This document shows positions 9,817 through 19,885 of a DNA stretch of 64,000 nt, in pieces; positions within the stretch are counted from its first letter, which is position 1; each line of letters starts with the position of its first letter. The stretch spans positions 256,001 to 320,000 of the forward strand of contig CAVRZA010000006.1 of the NCBI GenBank assembly GCA_963725665.1, read 5' to 3'. Under the pieces are notes generated by a model. That model searched no databases. It was not told the origin of the DNA and worked only from the letters and a program-made list of their open reading frames with translations. A program made the translations under genes and the position numbers. This stretch comes from an uncultured Actinomycetes bacterium (GTDB lineage: Bacteria; Actinomycetota; Thermoleophilia; UBA2241).

Positions 9817-11034
9817 TTGCGGGCCGTTGCCGAATTCATGGAGATCGTCGCTGCAGCCAACGCTATGCCCGAGGTGAGGGTCATTCAGGGCGCCTCGACC
9901 GAGCCTGTGGTTACCGTCGATGGTCGCGAGGTGCTGCTCTTCTGTTCGAGCAACTACCTTGGCCTTGCCACCCACGCCGAGATCAAGCAGGCGGTCATCG
10001 ATGCGGTGGAGGAGTACGGCCTCGGAGCCAACGGCTCGCGCCTGGTCTCGGGGACCACTGACCTCCATCTCGCCCTCGAGGAAGCCACGGCAGACTACAA
10101 AGGGACGGAGGCGGCGATCGCCTTCTCCACCGGCTTCATGGCCAACACGGGTACCATCCCCGCCTTAGCCTACGTCCCCTACTTCGCCCGCATGGCGGGC
10201 TTGCCCCTGCACTCGGCGACCTCCGAGATGGCTATCCTGAGCGACGTCCTGAACCACGCCAGCGTCGTCGAAGGCTGCCGCGCGGCGCGGGCCAAGCACG
10301 TGCACTACGCCCACTGCGACCTAGACGACCTCACTGACAAGCTGCGCCACAACTGGGGCGCTCGCCTGCTCATCGTCACTGACGGCGTCTTTTCGATGGA
10401 CGGCGACATCGCCCCCCTGCCGGGCATCCTCAGCCTGGCGGAGGAGTACGGCGCCACGCTGCTGCTAGACGATGCCCACGCCACCGGTGTGCTCGGCTCA
10501 AACGGTCGCGGCACGCTGGAGCACTTCGGCCTTGAGAGCAGCGCCAACGTGCTGCAGATGGGCACCTACTCGAAATCGTTCGGCGCCCTGGGGGGGTTCG
10601 TCGGGGCCGACCGACAAACCGTGGACTACCTTCGGGTGGCGGCGGGCACCTACATGTTCTCGGGTGCGTTGCCGCCTTGCCTCGCTGCCGGCATCATCAA
10701 GTCGATGGAGGTCGCGCAGCGCGAGCCGCAGCGCCGCGTCAGGCTGTGGCGCAACCGCGACTACCTCGCCGGCAGCCTCGAGAATCTCGGCTTCGACACC
10801 CTAGGCAGCGAGACGCCCATAGTGCCCCTCTTCATCGGCGATGACGAGGCGGCGACGGCCATCTCCTGTGAGCTCTTCGAGCGCGGCATCTTCGCGCCCT
10901 CTGTCCGCTGGCCCGCCGTCGCGCGCGGCCAGAGCAGGGTGCGCATCACGCTGATGGCAAGCCACGAGCGCGGCCACCTCGACCGGCTGATTGAAGCGCT
11001 GGCCGACCTCGGTGCGAAGTACGGCGTGCTGTAG
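9817..11034 (+). CDS. PLP-dependent alpha-oxoamine synthase (BioF/Kbl/SPT family)
   Basis: SSNYLGL, GSRL.SG, NHAS, DGVFSMDGD, DDAH and TYSKSFG (PLP lysine) motifs. Confidence 0.88.
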   Translation: MRAVAEFMEIVAAANAMPEVRVIQGASTEPVVTVDGREVLLFCSSNYLGLATHAEIKQAVIDAVEEYGLGANGSRLVSGTTDLHLALEEATADYKGTEAAIAFSTGFMANTGTIPALAYVPYFARMAGLPLHSATSEMAILSDVLNHASVVEGCRAARAKHVHYAHCDLDDLTDKLRHNWGARLLIVTDGVFSMDGDIAPLPGILSLAEEYGATLLLDDAHATGVLGSNGRGTLEHFGLESSANVLQMGTYSKSFGALGGFVGADRQTVDYLRVAAGTYMFSGALPPCLAAGIIKSMEVAQREPQRRVRLWRNRDYLAGSLENLGFDTLGSETPIVPLFIGDDEAATAISCELFERGIFAPSVRWPAVARGQSRVRITLMASHERGHLDRLIEALADLGAKYGVL

Positions 11035-11623
11035 TTCGCACGACGCGTTGTCGCCGCTAGGCCGTCTCTGCAAGACGGGCGTAATCAAGCCTCTCACTTA
11101 CTGGCTGCCGCCGGGCCTTCGGCAGATGCCCTGCAGTTATCTGCGGCGTCGGCCCGGCTCGCCCTTCCGCCGATGCTCCTCTCGGCGCCGGCCTGCAAAG
11201 TCATGCCTAGAGAAGTCGCTGCCGATACTTCGCAGTGTGATGCTGGGCGAACTCAGCTTGCCGAGCGCGGTGGCGAGGGGCAGCACTCGAACGGTCGCGG
11301 CCTTGAATAACTGAGCCGGCCGAGCCTGAGGCCCGGTCTGGTCGCGCCCACTCTGACGCCGCTCGCCCGGCCACAGAGAGATAGCCCATGCCGGTCGGTC
11401 CGCCGCGTCGCCAAGGTGCCTGGGTCCGAGTCTCGCATCGGACGCCGAGTCAGCGGTTCCAGGCAGATCTCTGGCTCAGCCGACGCACCGCCGACGCTGC
11501 ACGTCCGGCGCGACGGCTGCACCTTACTGCTGCTTCTCGGTCGGCGCCGGCGCGTTGCCGACGCCAGGCCGAGATCGACGCCGGATTCCGCAGCGACGCC
11601 GAGGCGGGCAATGAAGAGCATCG

Positions 11624-12628
11624 TCAGCCAGCGCCCCCGACCGCGCCGCCTCCCTCTCCGCCGAAGAGTGGCGCACAGACCGCGGCGATGTGCGCGATGT
11701 GGCGGTGATCGGTGCCGCAGCACCCGCCGAACACGTTCAGCTGCGGCAGCCGCCACTTTAGCCGCGCGTACTCGCGGCCCAGTTCCTCGGGATCGCCCGC
11801 GTCGGGCTCAGCCAGTGCGTCGAGCTCAGCGTGGCTCAGACGCGAAGCGTTCGCCCGCAGCCCCCGGACCCTCTCCACCCACGATCCGCCGTCGGTCAGC
11901 ACGGCCTCGAAATGGCTGGGGTGCGCGCAGTTGACCATGTAGTAGCTTGGGTACGCCGAGGTGGCCTCGTCGACCTGCTCGACCGCCCCCTTCAGCGACT
12001 GGCCGGTCGCGAGCCTGCCGTCGGTCTCGACGGTGAACGAGATCGCGACTGGCATCCCCGCTCCCTCGGCCGCCGAGACGATACCCACCGCCTCCTCGGC
12101 ATTGTCGATGGTCAGGGCGCCGATCATGTCGGCGGCGGCGCCCGCAAAGGTCTCGATCTGCTCCCGGTGATAGGCCTCGGCCTCTCTCTCGGACATCGCC
12201 GAGGCCGGGTCGTAGCCGCCGCCGCGAGGACCCAGGCACCCGCTGATCACCACCTCGGTCCTCCGGTCCTCGCGCTCATCCCGGACCTGTTCGTACTCCT
12301 CCCGCACCTCCTCGAGGAGCCGGACCGCCTTCAGGTTCACGCCCCTCAGCGTCTCGCGCGTGAAGCCGAGCCTCGCCCCCCAGTCCGCGCTGGCTCGCCA
12401 CGTCGCGCTCTCGAGGACCAGCCCGGCGCGGGAGCGCCGTGCGATCTCGCCGTACGTGCTGAAGTACCTGCGCAGCGCCGCCTCGCCCTCCGGCGTCGAG
12501 AGCAGCGGGAAGACGGCGAACTCCGGTAAGTCCAGCCCTTCGTGGGCAATCATACTGGTCTCGATGCCACCGTCCGTCAGGAACAGGCGTCCGCCCAACT
12601 GCGGCAGCGCGTACCGGTACCTCGCCAT
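11624..12628 (-). CDS. Homocysteine S-methyltransferase family protein
   Basis: LTDGGIET, VNCAHP and GGCCGT zinc-binding motifs. Confidence 0.88.
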   Translation of the reverse strand: MARYRYALPQLGGRLFLTDGGIETSMIAHEGLDLPEFAVFPLLSTPEGEAALRRYFSTYGEIARRSRAGLVLESATWRASADWGARLGFTRETLRGVNLKAVRLLEEVREEYEQVRDEREDRRTEVVISGCLGPRGGGYDPASAMSEREAEAYHREQIETFAGAAADMIGALTIDNAEEAVGIVSAAEGAGMPVAISFTVETDGRLATGQSLKGAVEQVDEATSAYPSYYMVNCAHPSHFEAVLTDGGSWVERVRGLRANASRLSHAELDALAEPDAGDPEELGREYARLKWRLPQLNVFGGCCGTDHRHIAHIAAVCAPLFGGEGGGAVGGAG

Positions 12629-12761
12629 GAGACCCCTCCCGCTCGCCACTACGCCCTCCCTGCTTCGGGATCCGGCTCGTTTGGACGCTCCGGAACAGGC
12701 TGCTGCGCGTGCAGCGCCAGCTCCTCTCCGAGATCGGTCGTGATCCGCTCAGAGTCCGTCC

Positions 12762-13493
12762 TCAGAAGACTTGCGTCAGCGTCTCATCGACGCCGGCGAT
12801 GAGCTGCCGCACTGCCTTGCGAGCCGGTCTGCGCTTGTTGTCGCGCATGCAGAGATCGCCCACCTCGGCGAGATGCTCGATGCGGCGCCACCGTGGCCGG
12901 GGATAGACACCAGCCTTCATGAGGGCCCGATTGAGCTTGCCTACGCCCGGCGTCTTCTTCTTGACGGTGACGTTGTGGTGGCGCGCCACTGCCAGCAGGT
13001 GGCGTTCCAGGGCGAGGTGCGCGAGCGTACCTGCCGCCCGGCGCTGGCCTCTTCTGAGAAGCGCCCGCGCGGCGGCCAGGTCGGTGTCTAAGAACCCGCC
13101 CTGTGGCTCGAGCAGCGGCAGGGCTGAGGCGAGGATAGCGAGCTGGATACCGAGCAGGTGGAGAAAGGTCTGCGTCATGCCGGGGTCAAACAGCAGCGCA
13201 AGGCCGCCTCCTTGCTCGGCCGGCGTTGGCGCGCTGCTCGGGCCGCTCAGGATGTCCGAGATGGTGGTCGGCCGTCCTTCGCCACCACGCCTGGAGCGGT
13301 AGTAGGCGGCGAACTCGCGGCGGCGCTCGGGTACGACCTGACGCACCGCGCGCAGCGCCTGCGTATACCAGCCCTGGTAGCTGTCGTTGACGACGCGCGG
13401 GTCGAGATTCTCAGCCACGATACGCTGGGACAGCTCTCTGCCCATCGCCATGAGCTTGCCTACCTCATCGCGCAGCAAGCCTCTCACCTCCAT
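12762..13493 (-). CDS. Hypothetical protein with C-terminal HEPN/DUF4145-like domain (start uncertain)
   Basis: RAAG.LA...LERHL...HN...KK.P....LN..L...GV....WR.I.HL pattern recalled from HEPN-like proteins; family assignment from memory only. Confidence 0.5.
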   Translation of the reverse strand: MEVRGLLRDEVGKLMAMGRELSQRIVAENLDPRVVNDSYQGWYTQALRAVRQVVPERRREFAAYYRSRRGGEGRPTTISDILSGPSSAPTPAEQGGGLALLFDPGMTQTFLHLLGIQLAILASALPLLEPQGGFLDTDLAAARALLRRGQRRAAGTLAHLALERHLLAVARHHNVTVKKKTPGVGKLNRALMKAGVYPRPRWRRIEHLAEVGDLCMRDNKRRPARKAVRQLIAGVDETLTQVF

Positions 13494-13786
13494 CAGGATG
13501 CTCTCCGCTCGCAGCCAGTGTACAGGCGGCGAGGTCGGCTGGCCTTCACGGCCCAGAGTACCGCTTCGGGATTGCTGGAGGTCAGCCAGTCTTCCACGGC
13601 CAGCATCGACGCTGCACTGAGCCAGCTCCGCCGACGCTGCGCCGACCGACACTGCGCCGACCGGACGCACCACACAGGTTCGTCTCTCGCCTGAATCCCG
13701 TGCTTCCGGTGCGCCGTCCGGCGTTGCCTGACGAGCGCCCCCAGAGCGACGCTGGTTCACACCAGACACGCGTCAAGGGGAAGCGC

Positions 13787-15020
13787 ATGCAGGGCCACAT
13801 CCGCCGCCGAGGACCACACAGCTACGAGTACATCGTCGATGTGGGCACCGCAGCGGCGCAGCGCTGCCAGAGCTGCGGCAAGCGGTTCTGGGTCGAGCGT
13901 AAGCCCAAGGAGAGCTGTCCCTCCTGCGGCGGCAGGCTCATTGAGACCGAGGAGCGCCGCCGCGAGACCAAGGCCGGCTTTGCCACGCGCAAGGAGTGCC
14001 AGGCGGCCATGGCCAAGGTGCTGGTGGCGGTCGAGGAGAGAAGCTACGTCGTGCCCACCAAGGTCACCGTGCGCGAGTTCCTGCAGAAGGAGTGGCTGCC
14101 GGCCATCCGCTCCACGATCAGGCCGACGACCTACCGCTCCTACGTGCAGCACGTCGAGTGTCACATCGTGCCCCACATCGGCAGCGTGAAGCTGGAGAAG
14201 CTCAGCGGAGCGACGATCAACGCCCTCTACGCCAAGCTCGCCCAGAGCGGCAAGACGAACGGCACGAAGCGGCCTCTCGGCGCTCTCCATCCGCCACGTG
14301 CACGCCGTCCTGCACCGGGCACTCAAGGACGCCGTCAGATGGGGTCGGCTCTCGCGCAACCCCATCGAGGCCGCCGACCCACCCAGAGTGAATGGCTCTG
14401 GTCACGAGATGAGGACCTGGAGCGCCGAGCAGCTGGCGGCCTTCCTTGCGGCAACCAAAGACGATCGCCTGCACGCCCTCTGGCACCTGCTCGCCCTGAC
14501 CGGCCTGAGAAGGGGCGAGGCCCTGGCGCTCACCTGGGACGACGTCGACCTCGAGGCAGGATCGCTCTCGGTCAGACGGGCGCTGATCCCCAACGGCAGA
14601 GAGGTGGTCGTCTGCGAGCCCAAGACGGCTCGCGGACGCAGAGTGGTCGCCTTGGACCCGCAGACGATCGAGGTGCTCAAGGGCCAGGCCGCCCGTCAGC
14701 TCGTGGAGCAGGCGAAGGCCAAGAGCTGGACCGACACGGGCTTGATCTTCACGCGCGAGGACGGCGAGGCGCTGCACCCCGAGGTCGTCAGTCGCTTCTT
14801 CCGTCAGGCGGTCAAGAGAGCCGCACTGCCGACGATCCGCCTGCACGACCTGCGCCACACCCACGCCACCCTCGCCCTGCGCGCCGGCATCCATCCAAAG
14901 GTGGTCTCCGAGCGCCTCGGGCACGCCACCGTCTCCATCACCCTCGACACCTACTCGCACGCCATCCCGGCGATGCAGGAAGAGGCCGCGACGAGGATCG
15001 CCGAGCTCGTGTTCGGCTAG
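13787..15020 (+). CDS. Tyrosine site-specific integrase with N-terminal arm-binding domain, frameshift at ~14268
   Basis: TGLRRGE (R), PKT (K), LHDLRHTHAT (HxxR) and LGH...TLDTYSH (H, Y) catalytic set; N-terminal part in a different frame. Confidence 0.92.
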
Positions 15021-15062
15021 CGCCTCGTCAAGACCGGCCCGTTGGGCATCGCGTGACACGCC

Positions 15063-15104
15063 CTCGCGCAGCAGCGATCAGGGGTTCGAATCCCCTGCGG
15101 TCCA
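15063..15104 (+). other. tRNA-Ala(CGC) 3'-half fragment, putative att scar
   Basis: Anticodon loop CT-CGC-GC sits at exact spacing from T-arm AGGGG-TTCGAAT-CCCCT; acceptor 3' strand GCGGTCC-A has U70; the 5' half and anticodon stem are absent; 43 bp after the integrase stop. Confidence 0.6.
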
Positions 15105-15317
15105 ACCGAGCCGGCGTCATCTGCGCCGCGGGGTATTGCGATCGGCGAAAGAGCGAACACCCGCGAGAGGCCACGTTCTGGGGAGGCAGATTCTCATTGC
15201 CGCGGCCGAGCGGCTGACGCTTCGCGGTCAACACCTTCTCGACCGGCACATGCAGTCGCTGGCTGGTGCTTGTGAGGTGCGGACGAAACGAGTCCGTTGC
15301 AGACGATTGCCGGTGAT

Positions 15318-15770
15318 CTATGGACCGATTTCGATACCCACTCCGCAGTTCTCGATTCGGTTGTCCGAGAACTGACTGTGTCCAATCCACAGCGAAGTGC
15401 TGTCCCCGTGGATGTCGAAACCGAGAGGCCGCAGATCAAGCCAGGAGACGACGGCTGAATCCTCACCAACTTCTCTTGCCGTCAGCACTTTTGTTTGAGC
15501 GGCGAAGATCTCCAAGGTGCCCTCTGATGTCTTGCTCACATGAACGTCAGAAAGCTGAGATTCGTTGTCTACAACGACGGAAAGCCACTGCTTTGGGTCA
15601 CCGCTAACTGGTGCTGAGAGCCACACACGCGGTCCATTACCCTTGCCAACAAGCAGGGGAGCATGACCTGCCACTTCAACAGCAACCGGGGTGTTCACGA
15701 AGTGGTTGCCGCAGAACTGCAATTCTCTGTAGGGCACGTGATCGACGGGAGAGTTCTCAGTCCTGTTCAT
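15318..15770 (-). CDS. Hypothetical beta-rich protein
   Basis: Clean 150-aa ORF in a visibly lower-GC patch, overlapping the upstream gene by 14 nt. Confidence 0.6.
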   Translation of the reverse strand: MNRTENSPVDHVPYRELQFCGNHFVNTPVAVEVAGHAPLLVGKGNGPRVWLSAPVSGDPKQWLSVVVDNESQLSDVHVSKTSEGTLEIFAAQTKVLTAREVGEDSAVVSWLDLRPLGFDIHGDSTSLWIGHSQFSDNRIENCGVGIEIGP

Positions 15771-16200
15771 CGACCCGTCTCACGATCAGATGCTCCGGTG
15801 GATGGCTCTCAAAGTGCGCCTTCATCTTCTTCAGCAATGCCCGTTTCTCGTTGGGCACCAAGCGAGAGATGATAAAGAGAATGCACGCGACGGCGACTCC
15901 GAGGCCCAGCGCCCAGTACTCCCAGTTCTGCACCGTCACCGTCGTGTGACTCCACCAGCCGGACATGAGTTTCGCAGCTATTGAGAAGCCCCAACCCAGG
16001 GACAACAGCAGGCATGCGAGGGCTGCGTCTTTGAACCACGATCCTTGCGCGGTTAGCCGAACGTAGTCTGCTTCGCACAGCGCGAACGTGCACTGGAGTG
16101 AGCGGACAATCGGCTCGACGCCAACGTCCGCGACGAGCCCATAGGTCCGCGTGATGGTCTGGCCTTCAACTCTAACACCGTCTGTCGGCACCAAGTCCAC
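15757..16200 (-). CDS. Hypothetical 2-TM membrane protein
   Basis: 147-aa ORF with two hydrophobic helices, lower-GC patch. Confidence 0.6.
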   Translation of the reverse strand: MDLVPTDGVRVEGQTITRTYGLVADVGVEPIVRSLQCTFALCEADYVRLTAQGSWFKDAALACLLLSLGWGFSIAAKLMSGWWSHTTVTVQNWEYWALGLGVAVACILFIISRLVPNEKRALLKKMKAHFESHPPEHLIVRRVDEQD

Positions 16201-16377
16201 CTGACTCCATGGTGGGCGTCTGGCACTGATAGTTCAGCCAGCGCAACCGGACAGAGGAGCGTCGTCCACCTTGACTTTTAGCCTACTCCAAGTCCTGCCT
16301 TTGCGCAGCGGCACCTGGCAGATGCGCCAAAGCTTGGCCGTCCCACGGGGCACCGCCCCTGCCGCCTCACTCGTCGC

Positions 16378-16960
16378 TCAGCCGGTCCCGAGGCCGAGCC
16401 TCTCGGCCATGGACCGGCCCAGGGCCCGCGCCTCGGCCATGAGCTGCGCGTCGGCGGCGGCGTCGCCCGGGCTTGTCCGCGCAGCCGCCCAGGCTTACGA
16501 CGGGCAGCTCCTCCGGGTTCGACAGGGCCACGAAGCGGCGCATGGCGGCCAGGGTGTCGTCGAGACCGGTCTCCGCGGCGACGGCGATCAGGCCGACGAC
16601 CTTCGGAGTCAGCCACTGGTCGTGGTAGTAGCGGGTCGCGTTGCGGTCGATGAACGTCTTCATCTGGCCCGAGACGTTCTCGTAGTAGACCGGCGAGGCC
16701 AGGATGAGGCCGTCGGCCGCGTACACCTGCTCGAGGACGCCGGCCATGTCGTCGTCGTGCGGGCACGCCGCCCGCTCGCCGCAGTTCTCGTGCCCGTCGC
16801 AGGCGTCGATGCGCAGTGCGGCGAGCGTGATTCGCGTGCAGCGGCAGCCGCAGCGCTCAAGCTCCTTAAGGGCGGCGTCGACGAGGGCGACGGTGTTGCC
16901 CTGGCGATGCGGACTGCCGATGACGGCGACGACGTGGGGCTGAGAGTCGGTAGCGCACAT
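16378..16960 (-). CDS. Flavodoxin-like/NADPH-dependent FMN reductase (iron-sulfur flavoprotein-like), frameshift at ~16467
   Basis: VIGSPHRQGNT, CDGHENC....CPHDDDM, LASPVY and KTFIDR motifs. Confidence 0.8.
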
Positions 16961-17139
16961 GTGGGGACCTCCACGTGATCGCCGGATGGGGTGAGCACGA
17001 GAGGCGAACGACCGAGACGAGGCCGCGCACCCGGCGTGCTGCTCGAGGCTACAGGGGGGCAGCACGCGAGGCAAGCGCGGGCCACCGCGCGGACGGTCGC
17101 GCCTCACCAAGAGCATCCCGGAGCTCGTCTTTGCCGAAG

Positions 17140-17400
17140 TGTGGGGTCCCAGTACCCGTGTTACAGATCAATCACTCTGCTGCAGCAACGCTTACGAGAC
17201 CTCCCTTTGGAGCGCTTTCGTATGTGCGTGGCCTGCCCTTGGCGATGGCGAAGGCGCCTTGGATCTTGTCGGGGTCGTGGCGGGCGGCGTGCGTGCGCAG
17301 GATCCTGCCGGCCAGCGAGATCTGCACCGTCTCGCCCACGAGGCGGACCTCGACGCGGGCGGCGCGATGGCGCCGCCCCACGGGGTAACCTCCACCAGAC
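17140..17400 (-). mobile_element. IS481-family remnant (transposase C-terminus plus right end)
   Basis: VGRRHRAARVEVRLVGETVQISLAGRILRTHAARHDP..GAFA..GRPR followed by the TGT...ACA-type end TGTAACACGGGTACTGGGACCCCACA (17165-17140). Confidence 0.55.
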
Positions 17401-17440
17401 ACTGATGCTGAACTGCGAGCAGGTTCGAGCTGCACCGACT

Positions 17441-18128
17441 GGCCGGCGCGGCCGAGGGTACGCACCTTGGGGTTCACGCCCCCGCGACAAGCGACCCACG
17501 CGTCGAAGCCGGTGGGCTCGGCGCAGAGGCCGGCATCGGCCTTCACGCCCCTCGCGGCGCACGCGTAGGCGCCGGCGCCGCTCGACTCCTCGTCCGTGTC
17601 GGTGCAGAAGACGACGTCGCCGGCCAGACGCACGTCGAGCCGGCGCATGGTCTCGAGCGCGAACAGCATGCCGCCCATGCCGCCCTTCATGTCGCAGCTT
17701 CCGCGGCCGTAGAGCAGGCCGTCGCGCACCTCTGGACGATGCGGGTGGCTCGTCCAGAGACCGACCGGTTCGGCGGAGACGGCGTCGATGTGGCCATTGA
17801 GCAACAGGGAGCGGCCGCCGCCCGCGCCGCGCAGGCGCGCGGCGAGCTGCGGCCGCCCCTCGAAGTCGAGATCGTCCGGCACGAAGCGGCTGCCGGAACC
17901 TGTGGGCTCCGGCTCCCAGACGTCGGTCTCGGCCTCGATCGTCTCGAGGCGCTCCCGCAGATACTCCTGCAGCTCGGCCTCCTGCCGCGGCGGGTCGCCT
18001 ACGTTGCGCGCCGTCGTGTCGAACGTGACCAGGTCCGAGACGAGGGCGACGAGCTCGTCCTTGCCGCCACGCACGGCGTCGACCACGCGCTCCTCGAGGA
18101 CCGAACGCAGCGCGCCGGGGTCGGTCAT
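17441..18128 (-). pseudogene. Truncated ArgE/DapE (M20) deacylase
   Basis: LLNGHIDAV, YGRGSCDMKGG, DEES and AEPT motifs; homology stops at GRAG where the IS481 remnant begins. Confidence 0.8.
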
Positions 18129-18193
18129 CGCGTCCTCCTTCAGAAGGGTGTGACCGGGACCGGGCCTCGGCCCGGCCCCGGTCACAGGATGCG

Positions 18194-19783
18194 TCACTCA
18201 GGCGGCAGCTCGCCGAACGTGACACTCAGGTCGATGCCCTGCTTGGCACCGCGCCAGCGCCAGACGTAGTACCAGATCATGCCGGCCGCCCACGCCGCCG
18301 CGAAGACGAAGAGGTTCTTGCCCGTGACGTCGCGCGACGTCGGGTCGATGAACGAGAAGTAGAGGAACGTGATGATGAACATCAGGTACAGGACCCCGCC
18401 GATGGTGACCAGCGGGATGCCGGCGATCCTCCACGAGTGGTAAGGCGAGGCCTCCCAGATGCCGCGCACTTTCTTGCGGTACGGGAAGAACACCGCCGAG
18501 ATGCCGGTCACGAGGAACACCGAGATGAACTGCATGCCGCCGCCGATAAGGCCGCTCAGGCTGCTGGTGAGCCAGAGCACGTACACGGCCACGCCGACTG
18601 CGAAGATGACCATCGCCACGGTCAGGTTCTTGATCGGCGAGGCGTGCGTCGGACTCACGTCGGTGAACCACTTCGGCCCCATGCGGTCGAGACCCCAGGC
18701 AAGCCACGCGCGCCCGATGATGAGGATGGCGATCGTGATCTCGAGCCAGATGACGGCGATGAAGGCGAGGAGGATCGACCAGGCCACGATGCCGCTCTGC
18801 GCCGCTCGCGATCCACGACAGGGTCAGGACATCGGGCGAGTAGGGCGCCGTGTAGCCCGGGACTCCGGCCCCGAAGCTGGCCTGCGCGCTCGCGCTGAGG
18901 AAGTTGAAGTCGACCATCCGGTAGAGCCCGGTGGCCAGCAGCAGGCCGAGCACGATCGGCACCCAGACGGCGAGTACGTTGCCGGTGAGCAGCGTCTTGT
19001 CGGGCCGCTTGACCTCGCCGCTCAGGTAGGCGATGGCGTAGTTGTAGACGAATAGCGCGTAGACGCCACTGAAGGCCCCGATCGTGTCGTGCCAGTTCCA
19101 CGTGGTCGGCAGTCGCCGGCCGCCTTGATGAAGGCGTTATAGTCGAGCGACTTGTACTGGGTGGCGATGGCGTTCCAGTGCGCGATGAAGTCGCCCTTGC
19201 TCGTCATCCAAATAGCGGCGATGAGCACGATGCAGCCGCCGATGGCGGGGATCAGCATGATCTTCTGGATGATCGCGTAGCTCCTCATGCTGAAGGCGAC
19301 CGAGAGGTAGCCGATGACGGTGATCATCACGCCGAGGATGAACAGCCCCTGCTTCGATGCGACCCAGTCGGTGAACCCCGCCCAGCCCATGTACTGTCCG
19401 AAGAGCTGAAGAGCAGGGACGCCCAACCAGGTGGCGATGAACCAGTTCCAGTAGAAGATGGCGAGGATGTTGGTAAAGACGGCCCCGAGCGCGACCGCCG
19501 GGTGCAGGATGCGTGAGTTGTAGACGTACTCACCGCCGGCACGCGGCATCGACCCGCTTAGGATGCCCCAGACGAGCGGTGCGCCGAGACCGGCCGTGAG
19601 CGCACCGATGATGATGGCGATGGTGAGGTTGCCGCCGGGGAACAGCGACAGGGCGATGCCCACCATCAGCCAGAGCGTGGCGATCGGCTGGCAGGTCATG
19701 AGCCCGGCGCCGAACGCATCCCACATGTCCAGGCCACGCACGAGGCCACTCGCTTTTCGTGCGAAGGCAAGTTCTTCAGGCAT
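18194..19783 (-). CDS. APC-family amino acid/amine permease, two frameshifts (~19110, ~18800)
   Basis: FARKASGLVR start, MPRAGGEYVYNSR, many TM helices spread over three frames, ends FGELPPE. Confidence 0.8.
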
Positions 19784-19885
19784 TAAGTCCTCCTGACCGC
19801 TTGGAAACTGGACTGCTTTGGGCCCCGCCCGCAGCAGCCCCTGCCTCAAACCGTGCGTGCTCGCGGACTCATGCCATAGCACCCC

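Noticed and set aside
15031-15104. Complete tRNA after the integrase
   Set aside because: The acceptor 5' strand, D-arm and anticodon stem do not pair; only the 3' half is tRNA-like.
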